Shown here: piece by piece, positions 1 to 11,349 of the stretch
Numbering within the stretch: the first letter of the stretch is position 1
Layout: each line of letters starts with the position of its first letter
From: the human T2T-CHM13v2.0 reference genome, Homo sapiens
NCBI RefSeq assembly: GCF_009914755.1
Contig: NC_060935.1
Length of the DNA stretch: 64,000 bases
Reading direction: 5' to 3' (one strand)
The notes under the pieces: model-generated
What the model was told of the DNA's origin: nothing
What the model saw: only the letters and a program-made list of their open reading frames with translations
The model's database searches: none
Translations under genes and position numbers: made by a program

Positions 1-321
1 GTCCCACCTCTGCCTACCTGGCTGTAGCTGGTTGCCAGGTGGCTCCAAGAGCAATGTCAAAGGCCAGCATGAATAAGGAGCCAAAGTTTTGGGTTCACAC
101 CCCTGCTCTGCCAGGAGGAAGACTGGTATGCAATGGCCAGTTCCCCTGACTGAGCCCCAGGGAACCTCAAGGAATGGCCCCTACAGTAAAATCTTAAACA
201 AAGAACAGGGGCTTAACCAACAATCCTGCTGCAACATGCATTCCAGTGACACACAGAGCTGAACTCAGTGGGAGCCCGTCCTACGGCCTGAGGTCAGGGC
301 TGCTCTCTTCTGGCCCATGCC

Positions 322-628
322 TTTTTTTTTTTTTAATCTATTTATTTTGAAACAGAGTCTCACTCTGTCCCCAGGCTGGAGTGCAATGGTACAGTCCGGC
401 TCACTGCAGTCTCAGCTACCCAGGCTCAAGGGATCCTCCCACCTCAGCCTCCCCAGTAGCTAGGACTACAGGCATGTGCCACCACACCCGGCTGATTTAT
501 TGTATTTTTTGTAGAGAGGGAGTTTTGCCATGTTGCCTAGGCTGGTCTCAAACTCCTGGACTCAAGCGATCCACCCACCTCGGCCTCTCAGAGTGCTGGG
601 ACTACAGGCATGAGCCACCCACCGGGCC
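322..628 (-). mobile_element. Alu (AluJ-like)
   Basis: T-tail followed by reverse-complement Alu dimer. Confidence 0.9.
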
Positions 629-687
629 CAGCCTCACACCTGTCTTTAGTGGCTTAGCCCGCCCGCCTGCCCTCTGCCCTTCCATAG

Positions 688-890
688 GTGTCTGAGGCCT
701 GTGATGCCGTGTTCGTGGCTGGCAAGGAGAGCCGGGGCGCCCGGGGGGTGCGAGTGGACTTCTGGTGGCGCCGGCTCCGCGCCTCGCTGCGGCTGACCGT
801 GTGGGCCCCGCTGCTACCGCTGCGTATCGAGCTCACCGACACCACCCTCGAGCAGGTCCGCGGCTGGAGGGTACCTGGCCCTGCTGAAGG
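688..890 (+). CDS. TMEM132A: TMEM132A internal coding exon (fourth-last, probably exon 8)
   Basis: Acceptor ttccatag/ at 687, donor /gtgagt at 891; encodes [17 protein letters not shown]...WRVPGPAEG; 203 nt, ends in phase 2 and joins the next exon in frame. Confidence 0.96.
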
Positions 891-1369
891 GTGAGTGGAG
901 GCCTGAGGAAGCTGGCAGGCCTTGGCGAGTCACACTGGGACGGAGAGGGCGCAGGGGACACAGCCATGGGCCCAAGTCGGGGTCAGAAAAACTGCCCTGT
1001 TGCTTGCAGTTCCTTCTGCCCACCTCCACCCTGGGCCGCCCAGCCAATGATCGCTTTCTGTGAAATTGCTGACTTCCGCATCCCTCTCCTCCTTCCCTGC
1101 CTCACTTCTCCCGTAGCACCCTCCACTTCCTAATCTACGTCAGTACTGGTTAATGTTGCCTGTCCATCCTTTCCACGCTCCTCCCCCGAGAATGTCAGCC
1201 CCTTGAAGCTGCGGTCTGTCTATGCTGGTCGTACCCTCAGAGCCTAAGATGACACAGAGCTCAGGAAATGAACACCCTCGGAGGGGGCTCCCCAAAACCC
1301 AGGGAGAGGTGGCCCACGCCTCTGGAATCTAGCTTCCAGGCCCTTCAGAGAGTGAGCGCCCCCAGGGTC

Positions 1370-1900
1370 CCCGTAAGAGAGCGTCTCCCCTGCGGTCCAC
1401 TTGGGAGCAAGAGCGGTGATCGAGGCATAGCGCCAGTCGGGAGTGGGCTGGGGCGGCTCGCCTGCAGGTGGAAGGGCCTGACCCCAAGAGGGGCGGATGT
1501 CTGCGTTTGAGAAACAGGAGCTGCTGGTGATTAGGAGCCGCCGGGGACGAGCTGCGGGTCTCCAGCAGCTGGGCCCTGGGCAGGCTGGGGCCGTTCAGCG
1601 CTGACGGCCAGTCCCGGCCTCCCCGCCCTGCAGGCCTGCGGAACCCGCTGCAGAGGCGTCAGATGAGGCCGAGCGGCGCGCCCGTGGCTGCCACCTGCAG
1701 TACCAGCGGGCCGGTGTGCGCTTCCTCGCCCCCTTCGCGGCCCACCCGCTGGACGGCGGCCGCCGCCTCACGCACCTGCTTGGCCCCGACTGGCTGCTAG
1801 ACGTGTCCCACCTCGTGGCGCCACACGCCCGCGTGCTGGACTCGCGTGTAGCCTCTCTGGAGGGTGGCCGTGTCGTGGTGGGCCGGGAGCCCGGTGTCAC
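1370..1900. promoter_or_regulatory. Intragenic CpG-rich region in TMEM132A
   Basis: Dense CpGs across the intron end and the exon at 1634-1910 (also 700-865). Confidence 0.6.
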
Positions 1901-1910
1901 CTCCATTGAG
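1634..1910 (+). CDS. TMEM132A: TMEM132A coding exon (probably exon 9)
   Basis: Acceptor ccctgcag/ and donor /gtaagc; encodes PAEPAAEASDEAERRARGCHLQYQRAGVRF...PGVTSIE; 277 nt completes the phase-2 Gly codon and ends in phase 0. Confidence 0.96.
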
Positions 1911-2398
1911 GTAAGCAGCTGGGGACCAGGAGAGTAGACCCCCTGAGAAGGGTGGAGGGGCCCCCAAAATGTTCGTGGGTGGGAGTGAAGAGTGTGCCAG
2001 GAGCCCAGAGTGTGTGGGGTTGTTGTGCGGTCTAGGTCTGAGTGCAGTGGGATTGGGGATAGGCTCAGAATGGGGTGGCCGCATAAGGGGGGGAAGCCCT
2101 CTAGCTATGAAGGGCTGAGGTGTGGGTAGTGTGGGGACCGGGTCTTGAGGGAAAAGGGAACTGCCCCCTAGGTGTGGGATTGGGGTCCAGGTATGCACCG
2201 GGGTGCAAAGAGTAGAGGGATAGTAGCCCATGAGCCTGCTGGGAGTACCCGGTTCCCTCTGGGTGGGGGCTGTCCGTGGCGAAGACCTCCCCCACCTCCA
2301 GAGGGCAGCCCGTGAGGGTGCTGGGAGCACCCGGTTCCCTCTGGGTGGGGGCTGTCTGTATGGAAGGCCCCCCACCTCCAGCTCCTTTCCACCCTCAG

Positions 2399-2590
2399 GT
2401 GCGTTCCCCACTGTCTGACTCCATCCTGGGGGAGCAGGCGCTGGCTGTGACGGACGACAAGGTCTCAGTGCTGGAGCTGAGGGTGCAGCCAGTGATGGGC
2501 ATCTCGCTGACCTTGAGCCGGGGCACTGCCCACCCCGGGGAGGTCACAGCTACGTGCTGGGCACAGTCAGCCCTTCCCGCCCCAAAGCAG
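2399..2590 (+). CDS. TMEM132A: TMEM132A penultimate coding exon
   Basis: Acceptor ccctcag/ and donor /gtgaca; 192 nt = 64 codons, VRSPLSDSILGEQALAVTDDKVSVLEL...ALPAPKQ. Confidence 0.96.
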
Positions 2591-3010
2591 GTGACAGTTG
2601 GGGGGTCAGGGGGATGAGGTCAACATCTCCAGATGGGGGCTCATGGTAGAGGGGAATGGGAGGAAGGGACCCTGGTACCTCGACCCCTTAGGGTTTTCAG
2701 AGTGAGGACTGACTCTGTGAGGTAGTGAGCTCTCTGCAGCTGGAGGTGATCAAGCAGTGGCTGGAGTATGGCAGTGGGAGGTTGGTTAGATGGCTCTAAC
2801 TGAGGACCCTCCCAATAACTCAGACCCTAGGGCTGAGTGGCAGACAGGTGATTGACACGCGTCCCCTCTCTCCCTGTGTTTTGTCTATCTGCCTGTGTCT
2901 CTGTTTTCTCTCTGGTCTCTCCTCCATGTGGCCTGTCTCTGTGGGAGTGGTTTCTCTGTGCATGCGTGCGTGCCCTCGCATGTCTCTGCCTGTGTCTGTG
3001 TGCCCCACAG

Positions 3011-4054
3011 GAGGTGGCCCTCTCCCTATGGCTGTCCTTCTCTGATCACACTGTGGCCCCAGCTGAGCTCTACGACCGCCGTGACCTGGGACTGTCCGTC
3101 TCAGCCGAGGAGCCTGGTGCCATCCTGCCAGCTGAGGAGCAGGGTGCCCAGCTCGGGGTGGTGGTGAGTGGGGCAGGCGCCGAGGGGCTGCCGCTGCATG
3201 TGGCTCTGCACCCGCCCGAGCCCTGCCGCCGGGGCCGCCACCGTGTGCCTCTGGCCTCTGGCACCGCCTGGCTGGGGCTGCCCCCTGCCTCCACTCCAGC
3301 CCCTGCTCTCCCATCCAGCCCTGCTTGGAGCCCACCAGCCACAGAAGCCACCATGGGTGGTAAACGGCAGGTGGCAGGCAGTGTCGGGGGCAACACAGGT
3401 GTGAGGGGCAAGTTTGAGCGGGCAGAGGAGGAGGCCAGGAAGGAGGAGACCGAAGCCAGGGAGGAGGAGGAGGAAGAGGAGGAGGAGATGGTCCCTGCCC
3501 CTCAGCATGTCACTGAGCTAGAGCTGGGCATGTACGCCCTGCTGGGAGTCTTCTGCGTGGCCATCTTCATCTTCTTGGTCAATGGTGTGGTCTTCGTCCT
3601 GCGCTATCAGCGCAAAGAACCTCCCGACAGTGCCACTGACCCCACCTCCCCCCAGCCCCACAACTGGGTCTGGCTGGGCACTGACCAGGAGGAACTGAGC
3701 CGCCAGCTGGACCGGCAGTCCCCTGGCCCGCCCAAGGGGGAGGGGAGCTGCCCCTGTGAGAGTGGGGGAGGAGGGGAGGCCCCTACCCTGGCCCCTGGCC
3801 CTCCTGGGGGCACCACCAGCTCCTCAAGCACCCTGGCCCGAAAGGAGGCTGGGGGGCGGCGGAAGCGAGTAGAGTTTGTGACATTTGTGCCAGCCCCTCC
3901 AGCCCAGTCACCTGAGGAGCCTGTAGGGGCCCCTGCTGTGCAGTCCATCCTTGTGGCAGGCGAGGAGGACATCCGCTGGGTGTGTGAGGACATGGGGCTG
4001 AAGGACCCTGAGGAGCTTCGCAACTACATGGAGAGGATCCGGGGCAGCTCCTGA
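3011..4054 (+). CDS. TMEM132A: TMEM132A last coding exon (poly-Glu tract, single TM helix, cytoplasmic tail)
   Basis: Acceptor ccccacag/ at 3010; EVALSLWLSF...LGMYALLGVFCVAIFIFLVNGVVFVL (TM)...HNWVWLG...KRVEFVTF...ELRNYMERIRGSS stop; these motifs are typical of the TMEM132 family. Confidence 0.97.
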   Translation, partial: EVALSLWLSFSDHTVAPAELYDRRDLGLSVSAEEPGAILPAEEQGAQLGVVVSGAGAEGLPLHVALHPPEPCRRGRHRVPLASGTAWLGLPPASTPAPALPSSPAWSPPATEATMGGKRQVAGSVGGNTGVRGKFERAEEEARKEETEAREEEEEEEEEMVPAPQHVTELELGMYALLGVFCVAIFIFLVNGVVFVLRYQRKEPPDSATDPTSPQPHNWVWLGTDQEELSRQLDRQSPGPPKGEGSCPCESGGGGEAPTLAPGPPGGTTSSSSTLARKEAGGRRKRVEFVTFVPAPPAQSPEEPVGAPAVQSILVAGEEDIRWVCEDMGLKDPEELRNYMERIRGSS

Positions 4055-4252
4055 CCCTCCACAGCCACCTGGTCAGCCACCAGCTGGGGCAACGAGGGTG
4101 GAGGTCCCACTGAGCCTCTCGCCTGCCCCCGCCACTCGTCTGGTGCTTGTTGATCCAAGTCCCCTGCCTGGTCCCCCACAAGGACTCCCATCCAGGCCCC
4201 CTCTGCCCTGCCCCTTGTCATGGACCATGGTCGTGAGGAAGGGCTCATGCCC

Positions 4253-4262
4253 CTTATTTATG
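4253..4262 (-). terminator. SLC15A3: Probable SLC15A3 polyadenylation signal (overlapping variant hexamers CATAAA and AATAAG)
   Basis: Minus strand reads CCATAAATAAGGG about 105 nt after the SLC15A3 stop; I saw no canonical AATAAA on the minus strand nearby. Confidence 0.6.
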
Positions 4263-4283
4263 GGAACCATTTCATTCTAACAG

Positions 4284-4289
4284 AATAAA
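4284..4289 (+). terminator. TMEM132A: TMEM132A polyadenylation signal AATAAA
   Basis: Only canonical AATAAA after the stop codon (230 nt downstream), followed by a GT-rich element near 4322-4332. Confidence 0.85.
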
Positions 4290-4365
4290 CCGAGAAGGAA
4301 ACCAGAGCTGGGACTGCTGCCGTCTGTCCGGTAGAGTGAAGCAAGGGGGCTGGAATAGGGCCTGT

Positions 4366-4520
4366 TCAGCCCCTGTCCCTGCTGAAACGGCTGTGGGAGG
4401 CTGGGCCCTGGGACGCCCTCTCATAGCGTCCAGCGATCCAGACAAATAGGAGAGCCGTGACGGCCTGAATGCCAGCCAGCAGGAAGAAGTAGAGGTCCAT
4501 CCGGCAATTGTTGATGTTCC
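4366..4520 (-). CDS. SLC15A3: SLC15A3 exon 8 (last coding exon)
   Basis: Minus-strand acceptor TTTCCCCAG/; (G)NINNCRMDLYFFLLAGIQAVTALLFVWIAGRYERASQGPASHSRFSRDRG-TGA; too short to appear in the ORF track. Confidence 0.95.
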
Positions 4521-5016
4521 CTGGGGAAAGGAGGGGTTAGATTTGGGTCAGGACAGGGATCCTCTGTCTTGCGCCCTGTGCCTGCCGTGTCCTAGCCCTG
4601 GGGCTGGCAACTGAGGCCATGTGGGCAGTGGTGGGATCTGAAGACACTGGACAGATACCCACTAATGTTTGACTTCCTGAAGATCTCCAGGGGTGTCTAC
4701 AATTCCTCTTCAGCTATTCAGAAGGGGGCGTGAAATATAAACACCATGAGAAAGGTAACCCTTCAGCCAGAGATGGCAGAGTTCCAGAAGCAGAAAGGAG
4801 CCTTGGAGGTCCACTAAGTTCAACACTTGGGGAAAGAAAGGCCCAAGGAGGGAGGCCACGCTGTGGGTGACTGGCCAAGCCCGGGCTAGAACCCCATTCT
4901 CCCAAGTCTAGCCCTCTACTTGCTTCTCCCCAGAGTCAAAGCACTTTAGCAGTTGCCACCTCCTTTCCAAGCCTCCCTCCATCCATGTCCCACTCCTGGG
5001 GAGGCCCCATACTCAC

Positions 5017-5172
5017 CAAAGTCCTTGGGGCAGTGCAGCCAGCCCCCGGGCAAGGACAGCAGTGCCACTAGGCTGGAGCCCAACAGTGAGCCCACCCCCG
5101 ACAGGCAGAAGAAGATGCCCATGATGGCGCCCTGCATGGAGCGCGGGGCCTCTGAGTAGGCAAACTCCAGGC
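5017..5172 (-). CDS. SLC15A3: SLC15A3 exon 7
   Basis: CTCTGCAG/ ... /GTGAGT; (G)[31 protein letters not shown]...CPKDF; contains the POT-family LEFAYSEAP motif; 156 nt. Confidence 0.96.
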
Positions 5173-5479
5173 CTGCAGAGGGGGAGCAGAGACGATCTCA
5201 GGGGCTGGTGCAGGCGCAGAGAACAGGCCCAGGCCCCTGCTTGCTGCCCCTGACCCTGCCCCCACCAAGCCACCCTCCAGGCTTCCCCTGGATGCCTGTC
5301 CACTCAGTGGCAATGACAGCACCCATGCATCAATGCCGCCTTCCCCTCTGCCCTGCTCACCTGCCTCCTGGCTGAACCCCTGCACCGGGGTACTCCATGC
5401 GCTGCCCCAATAGCTCTGTCTCCCCTCCTCCCCTTCCTGCCAGGTCTATCATTTCAGTGACAGCACCATCTTTACCTCC

Positions 5480-6060
5480 TCTCTCTCCCCACCCTCTCTG
5501 CCCACCTTCAATGTCATCGTCAAATTGTTTTGATACAGCCTCTGAAATCTATTCTAAATATATGTCCTTCTCTCTATTCCCTCTGCCCTGGGTCCAACCC
5601 CAGCCCTGGTCACTTTCTGCAAATGCCTCTTAAACTCCCCTGACTCCTGTCCTCCTCACACAGCCAGGAGCATCAGTCTAAAGGACCTCGGATGGGGTCC
5701 TTTCCCGGCCAAAACCCCCTGGAGAGGAGGGGCGCTGTTGCCTTCAGGAGAAATCCCAAGGTGCAGGCTCAGCGCACAAAGCCCTTCGACACTTCGGCTC
5801 CCTGCACCTCCCATGCCTCTCCAGCCCTATCCCCCACGCTTCCCAAAGGCTTGGGTCTTTGCTTATGCTGTTCCCTCTGCCTGTAAGACCGCTCCTCCTA
5901 CCCACTCACCTGCCCGCCTCCTCTCCATGCTTAAGGGCTCCCACTGCACTCTGCCCTGACTTCCACAGCACTCCACTGGCTCACTGTTTGCCTGACTCTC
6001 TCCCCATCTGAGTGAGCTCCCAGGGTCAGTCTTTTCTTTATGTCTGACCCAGCCTAGCCC
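5480..6060 (+). mobile_element. Degraded L2 fragment
   Basis: L2 3'-region phrases (gtctttgcttatgctgttccctctgcctg, gtgagctcccagggtcagtc). Confidence 0.55.
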
Positions 6061-6626
6061 TGGGCCCGCAGCTGAGGAAGCCCTTGCTTTTTTGCTGACT
6101 GAAGGGCCTGCCCCAGCCTTGCAGCTCTAGCTCCCAGCCCGGGGAAGGGGGTTGGGAGGGTGGGGAGCGAAGGACATAGAAATCCATTACTATGACCCAG
6201 AGTACTGTGTGCTATGATAGAGAGATGAACACGGGGCGGGAAGGGAGGACCCCTTCTGCCCAAGGACCTTGGTATTTAGGCTCAGAATTGAAGGGGATAT
6301 TGGAGTTCACCTTCAGTCTAAGGTAGAGGGAACAGCAACTTCAAAGACACAGAGGGTGGAGAACCTGGCACCAGGGGAATACGTGGAGAGCTGGTGTGGG
6401 AAGTTTCTTGCTCGCCTCCAAATCCCCAGTGCCTGTCACATAGGGGCTGACTTGAACCAGGTGCTAATTATAGACCCCCGTTGGGTGAATGAGCCCTGGT
6501 CAGAAAACACTGCCTTCCTCCATGCAGATGGGCCCTGGAGGCTGCATCCCTGGGGTACCTGACTTTGAGGTGCCACCGGGCAGAGCCCATCACTGGTGCA
6601 GGAGCAGGGGAGGGGATCCAGGGTAC

Positions 6627-6785
6627 CTGGGATGCTGGCAAAGATCTCACTGATCCCAATGAGCAGGTACTGAGGGATCTGCCACCAGATGGACAGTGGT
6701 GCCGCGTTGTACAGGACCTCCCCAATCTGCTGGGACACGGTCTCGTTGTGGTGGATGTAGTGTAAGCGCTCCATCTCCAGGACTC
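6627..6785 (-). CDS. SLC15A3: SLC15A3 exon 6
   Basis: CCACCAG/ ... /GTACCC; (G)[52 protein letters not shown]; 159 nt. Confidence 0.96.
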
Positions 6786-7019
6786 CTGGTGGAGGAGCAG
6801 AGGGGGATTATAGTCAGGCCCACCCCAGGCAGCTTAGCCCACAGAAGAGCTTGTACATGGTGGGGATGGGGTACTCATGAAGCAGCCAAAGATTGAGCAG
6901 CAGGCAAGGAAAAGAATACTGGACTGGGGGGTGGAGGAGGGGGCCAAGATGTGACCAACTCCTCCCTTTTGGTCTTGGCTGCTAGAAGCTCCAAGCTGAG
7001 TTTTGCACTCAATAACACT

Positions 7020-7510
7020 AACAACTCTCATTAATGGAGAACCTGTTATGTGCTAGGCATTTACCATGCATCCTTGCTGCGGAAGAAAGTGAAATAACTA
7101 GCACTTTCAAGTGCTTAACTAGAAAGTTAAGCAACTAGCCCACAGTCACACAGCTGATAAGTAGTCAGGGCTGGATTTGAGCTCTGGTATGTCTGGTTTC
7201 AAAGCTGGCCTACTTTCCATGATATCACATGACTTCTCTACTGCAACGTCAAGTATTGCTGTAGTGTTTCTAACCTGGCTTTCAAGTTTAACTATGTTAT
7301 CTCCTTCTCCTGTGTTGCTTGGGAGATAGCTGTGCTCTAGTGGAATGAACATTGGACATGGAGTTGGGGGACCTGGGTTCCCAGCCTGGCTAGCTGTGTG
7401 ACCTTGGGCAAATCACTTAACCTCTCTAGACTCAGTTCCCTTACTCAAGAAGCAGGAATAACATTCCCAGGATTATTGTGAGGATAAAATAGGACAAACT
7501 GCTTTAAGGA
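7020..7510. mobile_element. MIR copies
   Basis: MIR core phrases (ttaagcaactagcccacagtcacacagct; tgtgaccttgggcaaatcacttaacctctct...ctcagtt). Confidence 0.7.
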
Positions 7511-8267
7511 TATAGCTGGAATAAAATCTAGTTGGGTTTTCACACTTTCAACACAATACCGTTTATGGAGGTTTCATTTCTCCAGCTCATACTTGTGATC
7601 CAGGCACACTACTGAGTGCTTTACAGACTTCATCTGCTGTAATCCTCACAACACCCCCCATCAGACTGAGTTCCACAAGGGCAGAGCCCTGCTCAGGGTC
7701 CGAATGACACCTGTCCCCATTTTAAAGACATAGCTCAGAGACTCTAAGGAACTTCAGGGTCATAAAGTTACTAAGTAAAAAGGGTTCAGGTTTGTGCAAC
7801 AGTGTGAAAGACTTCTTTAGCTGATCCCCCCCACTGCCCCCACCAACCCCCACTTTGTAACAAATGGCTTCAGATCCTTTTGAAATGGAAGAAGGAAGAT
7901 AATTTTTTTTTAAGTCTTCATTTGCCACTAAGTGGAAAATTCATTCAACACATTTATGGAGGGCCCACGTGCATGTTCATAGCAGTGAATAAAAAAAGAA
8001 AAACTATCTCTGCCTTCAAGGAGCTGATAATTCACTGGGGAAAATATTTGTTCCTCTCTCGGCCTGAGTTTCTTCTTCTGTCAAAATGAGGGGCAGCTGG
8101 ATTAGATAGGAGGGTCTCTTTCAGCTTGCACCTCTGGGAAGCCAACACTGACGCCCACTGGGAGAGGCTGAACTTGGTCCAGGCTACCACTTCAGCATCA
8201 GCCCATGGTGGAAGCAGACTTCCCCAAGCCCAAAGTTCAGCCCCCTGCCCCACACCCCTCTGCACAC

Positions 8268-8436
8268 CTGCCACAATGACGGAGGTAAAACCAAAGAACA
8301 TCCCCAGCGCCATCTTCTGCAGAGCAGAGGGAAGCAGCTTGCACCGCAGCAGTAAAGGGTCGATCAAGCGGTCCTTCAGAGGGACCAGAATCAGCACCAC
8401 CACAACATTGGCCAGGAGGAGCCAGGCTTCCGGGAT
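8268..8436 (-). CDS. SLC15A3: SLC15A3 exon 5
   Basis: CCTGCCCAG/ ... /GTGTGC; IPEAWLLLANVVVVLILVPLKDRLIDPLLLRCKLLPSALQKMALGMFFGFTSVIVA; 169 nt. Confidence 0.95.
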
Positions 8437-8601
8437 CTGGGCAGGAGGAAGTCAGGAGAGGCAGGCTAGCAGAGTGCAAGGAGCCTGGCTGCAGTCAGGA
8501 GACCTGGACTCTAGACTGGCCCTGGGTGACCCTGGGGTCCAGCTCCTTTCCCTCTCTGGAGTTCATGCTCCTCAGCTGTGTAACCAGGGAGTGGGATTAT
8601 G

Positions 8602-8772
8602 TAGAGATGGCAAATAGGTTCCTCTTGTATTCTAACTTTTATCAATTGGTAGTGGCTGATTATGGAACATTTATGGGCTCAGCATAAAAAAAGTCATGAT
8701 TGACTAGTGATGTCTGCCATGGGCAAGGAAATGGACTACAATGGCAAATTTCTCATATATCTGCCAGCTCTG
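8602..8772. mobile_element. MER102-like hAT-Charlie element
   Basis: agagatggcaaatagg...attggtagtggctg...gatgtctgccatggg...tgccagctctg, with inverted termini. Confidence 0.6.
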
Positions 8773-9180
8773 CAGATCATTCATTTCATGAGTCTGAAAT
8801 GCCAAGGAACTGGTTTAGAAAGTTCTGGGAAAGGCAGAGATCTAGGTATCTAAGGGTCCCAGAGAAAGAGGGGACAAGGAAGAGTTGAAAAGGGACCTAA
8901 GTATGCTTGATCTGAGGGTGCAAATTAGGCAGCGAGACCTGCTTCAGAGCAGCAGCATGGGGGTGTGCAGCTGGCCTGAATTCCTTCAAGCAGTTGAGCA
9001 TCTTGGCAGGATCCCTGCGCTGTGACACAAGTCCTCCCACCCTCCAGGTGCTTTTCCTGTATCCTGAGGTTGCCTTGCAGGCAGGAAAGGGGAGTGTGAA
9101 GGCAGTTTCATTTCCTCCTCTTCTCAGAGGAAGCCGCTACCTGGCTGAACTGGGTGCCGAACACATGCTTTATCTCTCAC

Positions 9181-9291
9181 CGTGTAGCTGCTGCCCTGGG
9201 CTCTCAGGGCCACAGAGATGTTGGCCGGGTTGGCTGGGAAAATGTTTGGGATGTGGAGGTGAAGACCCTGCAGGACATAGGTGGACTGCAT
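9181..9291 (-). CDS. SLC15A3: SLC15A3 exon 4
   Basis: TCTTGGCAG/ ... /GTGAGA; MQSTYVLQGLHLHIPNIFPANPANISVALRAQGSSYT; 111 nt. Confidence 0.95.
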
Positions 9292-10083
9292 CTGCCAAGA
9301 GAGACAGGGGTGAGGCTGGAACAGAAACGGCCATGCCCCCTCCCAACTCCTAGGTGGCATTCCTCAGCGCCGTACCACAGGACAGCTGGGCAGCTGTCCC
9401 CTCTCCCAGTCTCAGGGAGATAGTCACCTTCCCACCCTCCTTTCTCCTAGGTAGCTGGGCTGGGCAGGGAGCTTCCTGTGCTCTGCTCTCAGGCCTGTAG
9501 GCAGTGCGTGCAGCCTTATCCCAGAGCCCAGGCACAGCTGGTCTGACTAGTATTTGTGTCCCCAGGGCCCAGCACAGGGTAAGCATGGATAAATGTTTGC
9601 TGAAATGGGAAAGATAATGGCTGCCCCCACAGGGAGTTCTCATCTGACACTGAAGCCAAGCTGAGTCCACAGGTTGACACAAGCACTGCATAGACATGGA
9701 CTTGCCAGAATGGCTCTGGACACAGCTGCAGGAGCAGGGCCCAGGGGCCACCTCCAATACCATGCACTGCCCCTTTAGTTGCTATATAATGGAGTAGGAT
9801 CCAGGAGACTCCCACAGGAAGGGCTGGGGCAGGGGAGAGCATGTGGACTGCTCAGGGCAGCAGCCATTTACCAACTGGTATGGAAGGAAGTCAGTATCTG
9901 ATTGGTATGACTGAGAATCAGCCATGGACACCCTCCCACCACATGCCGCCATCTCATCATAGAAATACTGTGTGCCCCTAAGTAGCAGGCTGGGAGCTCC
10001 AACAAATGTTCCTGTGAAGGGGGTATGGAAGGCAATGACCTTATGGCCTGGGGGCTAGCATTAAGCTGCTGCCCACCCTCCTA

Positions 10084-10084
<1 letters not shown>

Positions 10085-10116
<32 letters not shown>
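10085..10116. repeat. (CA)n microsatellite
   Basis: About 16 perfect CA units. Confidence 0.97.
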
Positions 10117-10122
<6 letters not shown>

Positions 10123-10165
10123 TCACTAACCTCCCCACTGAGGAGTAATATGGTGAGTGGAAGAC

Positions 10166-10340
10166 AATAGTTCTCAACTCTGAGTATCTGTATCATCTGA
10201 AAAGTTTCTTAAACTAGAAACTTCCCCAGCAATTCTGATTCAATAGCCTGTGGTTGGACTTGGAATCTGTTTTTAAAACAGCATATTTTTAAAAGCTCTG
10301 CCGGTGATTCTGAAGCACAGCCAGGCTGGGGAACCACTGT
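10166..10340. mobile_element. MER5A-like DNA transposon
   Basis: agttctcaac...ttctgattcaatag...ggtgattctgaagcacagccaggctggggaaccactg. Confidence 0.7.
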
Positions 10341-10816
10341 TGCAAAGTACTCACTTTTGTGAGCTTGCCCCTGACCTGCCTGCCGTGGGGCCTTGGGCAA
10401 CTGACACACCCTCTCTAGGCCTCAGCTACCAAGTCGGACAATCTGAATGCAGCAGAGCTGGAAAAGCCTCTCGTTTAAGCCACCCATTGTACACATGAGG
10501 AAACAGGCCCAGAGAGATGAGGTGACTTATTCAAGGACCTAGCCTGGCACAAAGCCATCCCAGTAATTCAACTCCCGCAGGAGGTATAGCAGGAGGAAGC
10601 TGTCTCCAGAGTTCCTCTTGCCGTACCACCGAGGGAGTTGGATTGCTGAGACGGCTTTGTGCCAGGCCCCATGCTAGCTGGTACGGGGCAGCACCTCACT
10701 TTATTCCCAGACTTTCCCCCTTTCCACATGCCCTGGGCCTCTGTGATGAGAAATGAGGCCATTCAGATGGTGAGTGGGGAGCCAGGCCCCCAGAGAAAAA
10801 GGGCAGGTATGCTCAC

Positions 10817-10964
10817 CTGGAAGTAGACCATCCAGTAGGGCACCAGGGTCACCATGACGGGCAAGATCTTCACCAGCACCTGGAAGTTGGCGATGTCCTC
10901 TTGCGGGGAAGCCCCTGGCTGGGGAGACCTCTCGTCGGCCAGCACGCGGGCACATTGACGGTCT
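10817..10964 (-). CDS. SLC15A3: SLC15A3 exon 3
   Basis: TCTCACAG/ ... /GTGAGC; (R)DRQCARVLADERSPQPGASPQEDIANFQVLVKILPVMVTLVPYWMVYFQ; 148 nt. Confidence 0.95.
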
Positions 10965-11003
10965 CTGTGAGACCCCAGAGGCAGCAGATAAAACAACAGT
11001 CAA

Positions 11004-11349
<346 letters not shown>

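Noticed and set aside
2852-3010. N-terminal 53 codons of the 400-aa ORF 2852..4054
   Set aside because: Intronic TG/TC-rich sequence upstream of the clear acceptor at 3010; the real exon starts at 3011.
6682-6696. CTCF-like CCACCAGATGGAC inside SLC15A3 exon 6
   Set aside because: Mismatch at a key position and fully explained by the codons for SIWW on the minus strand.
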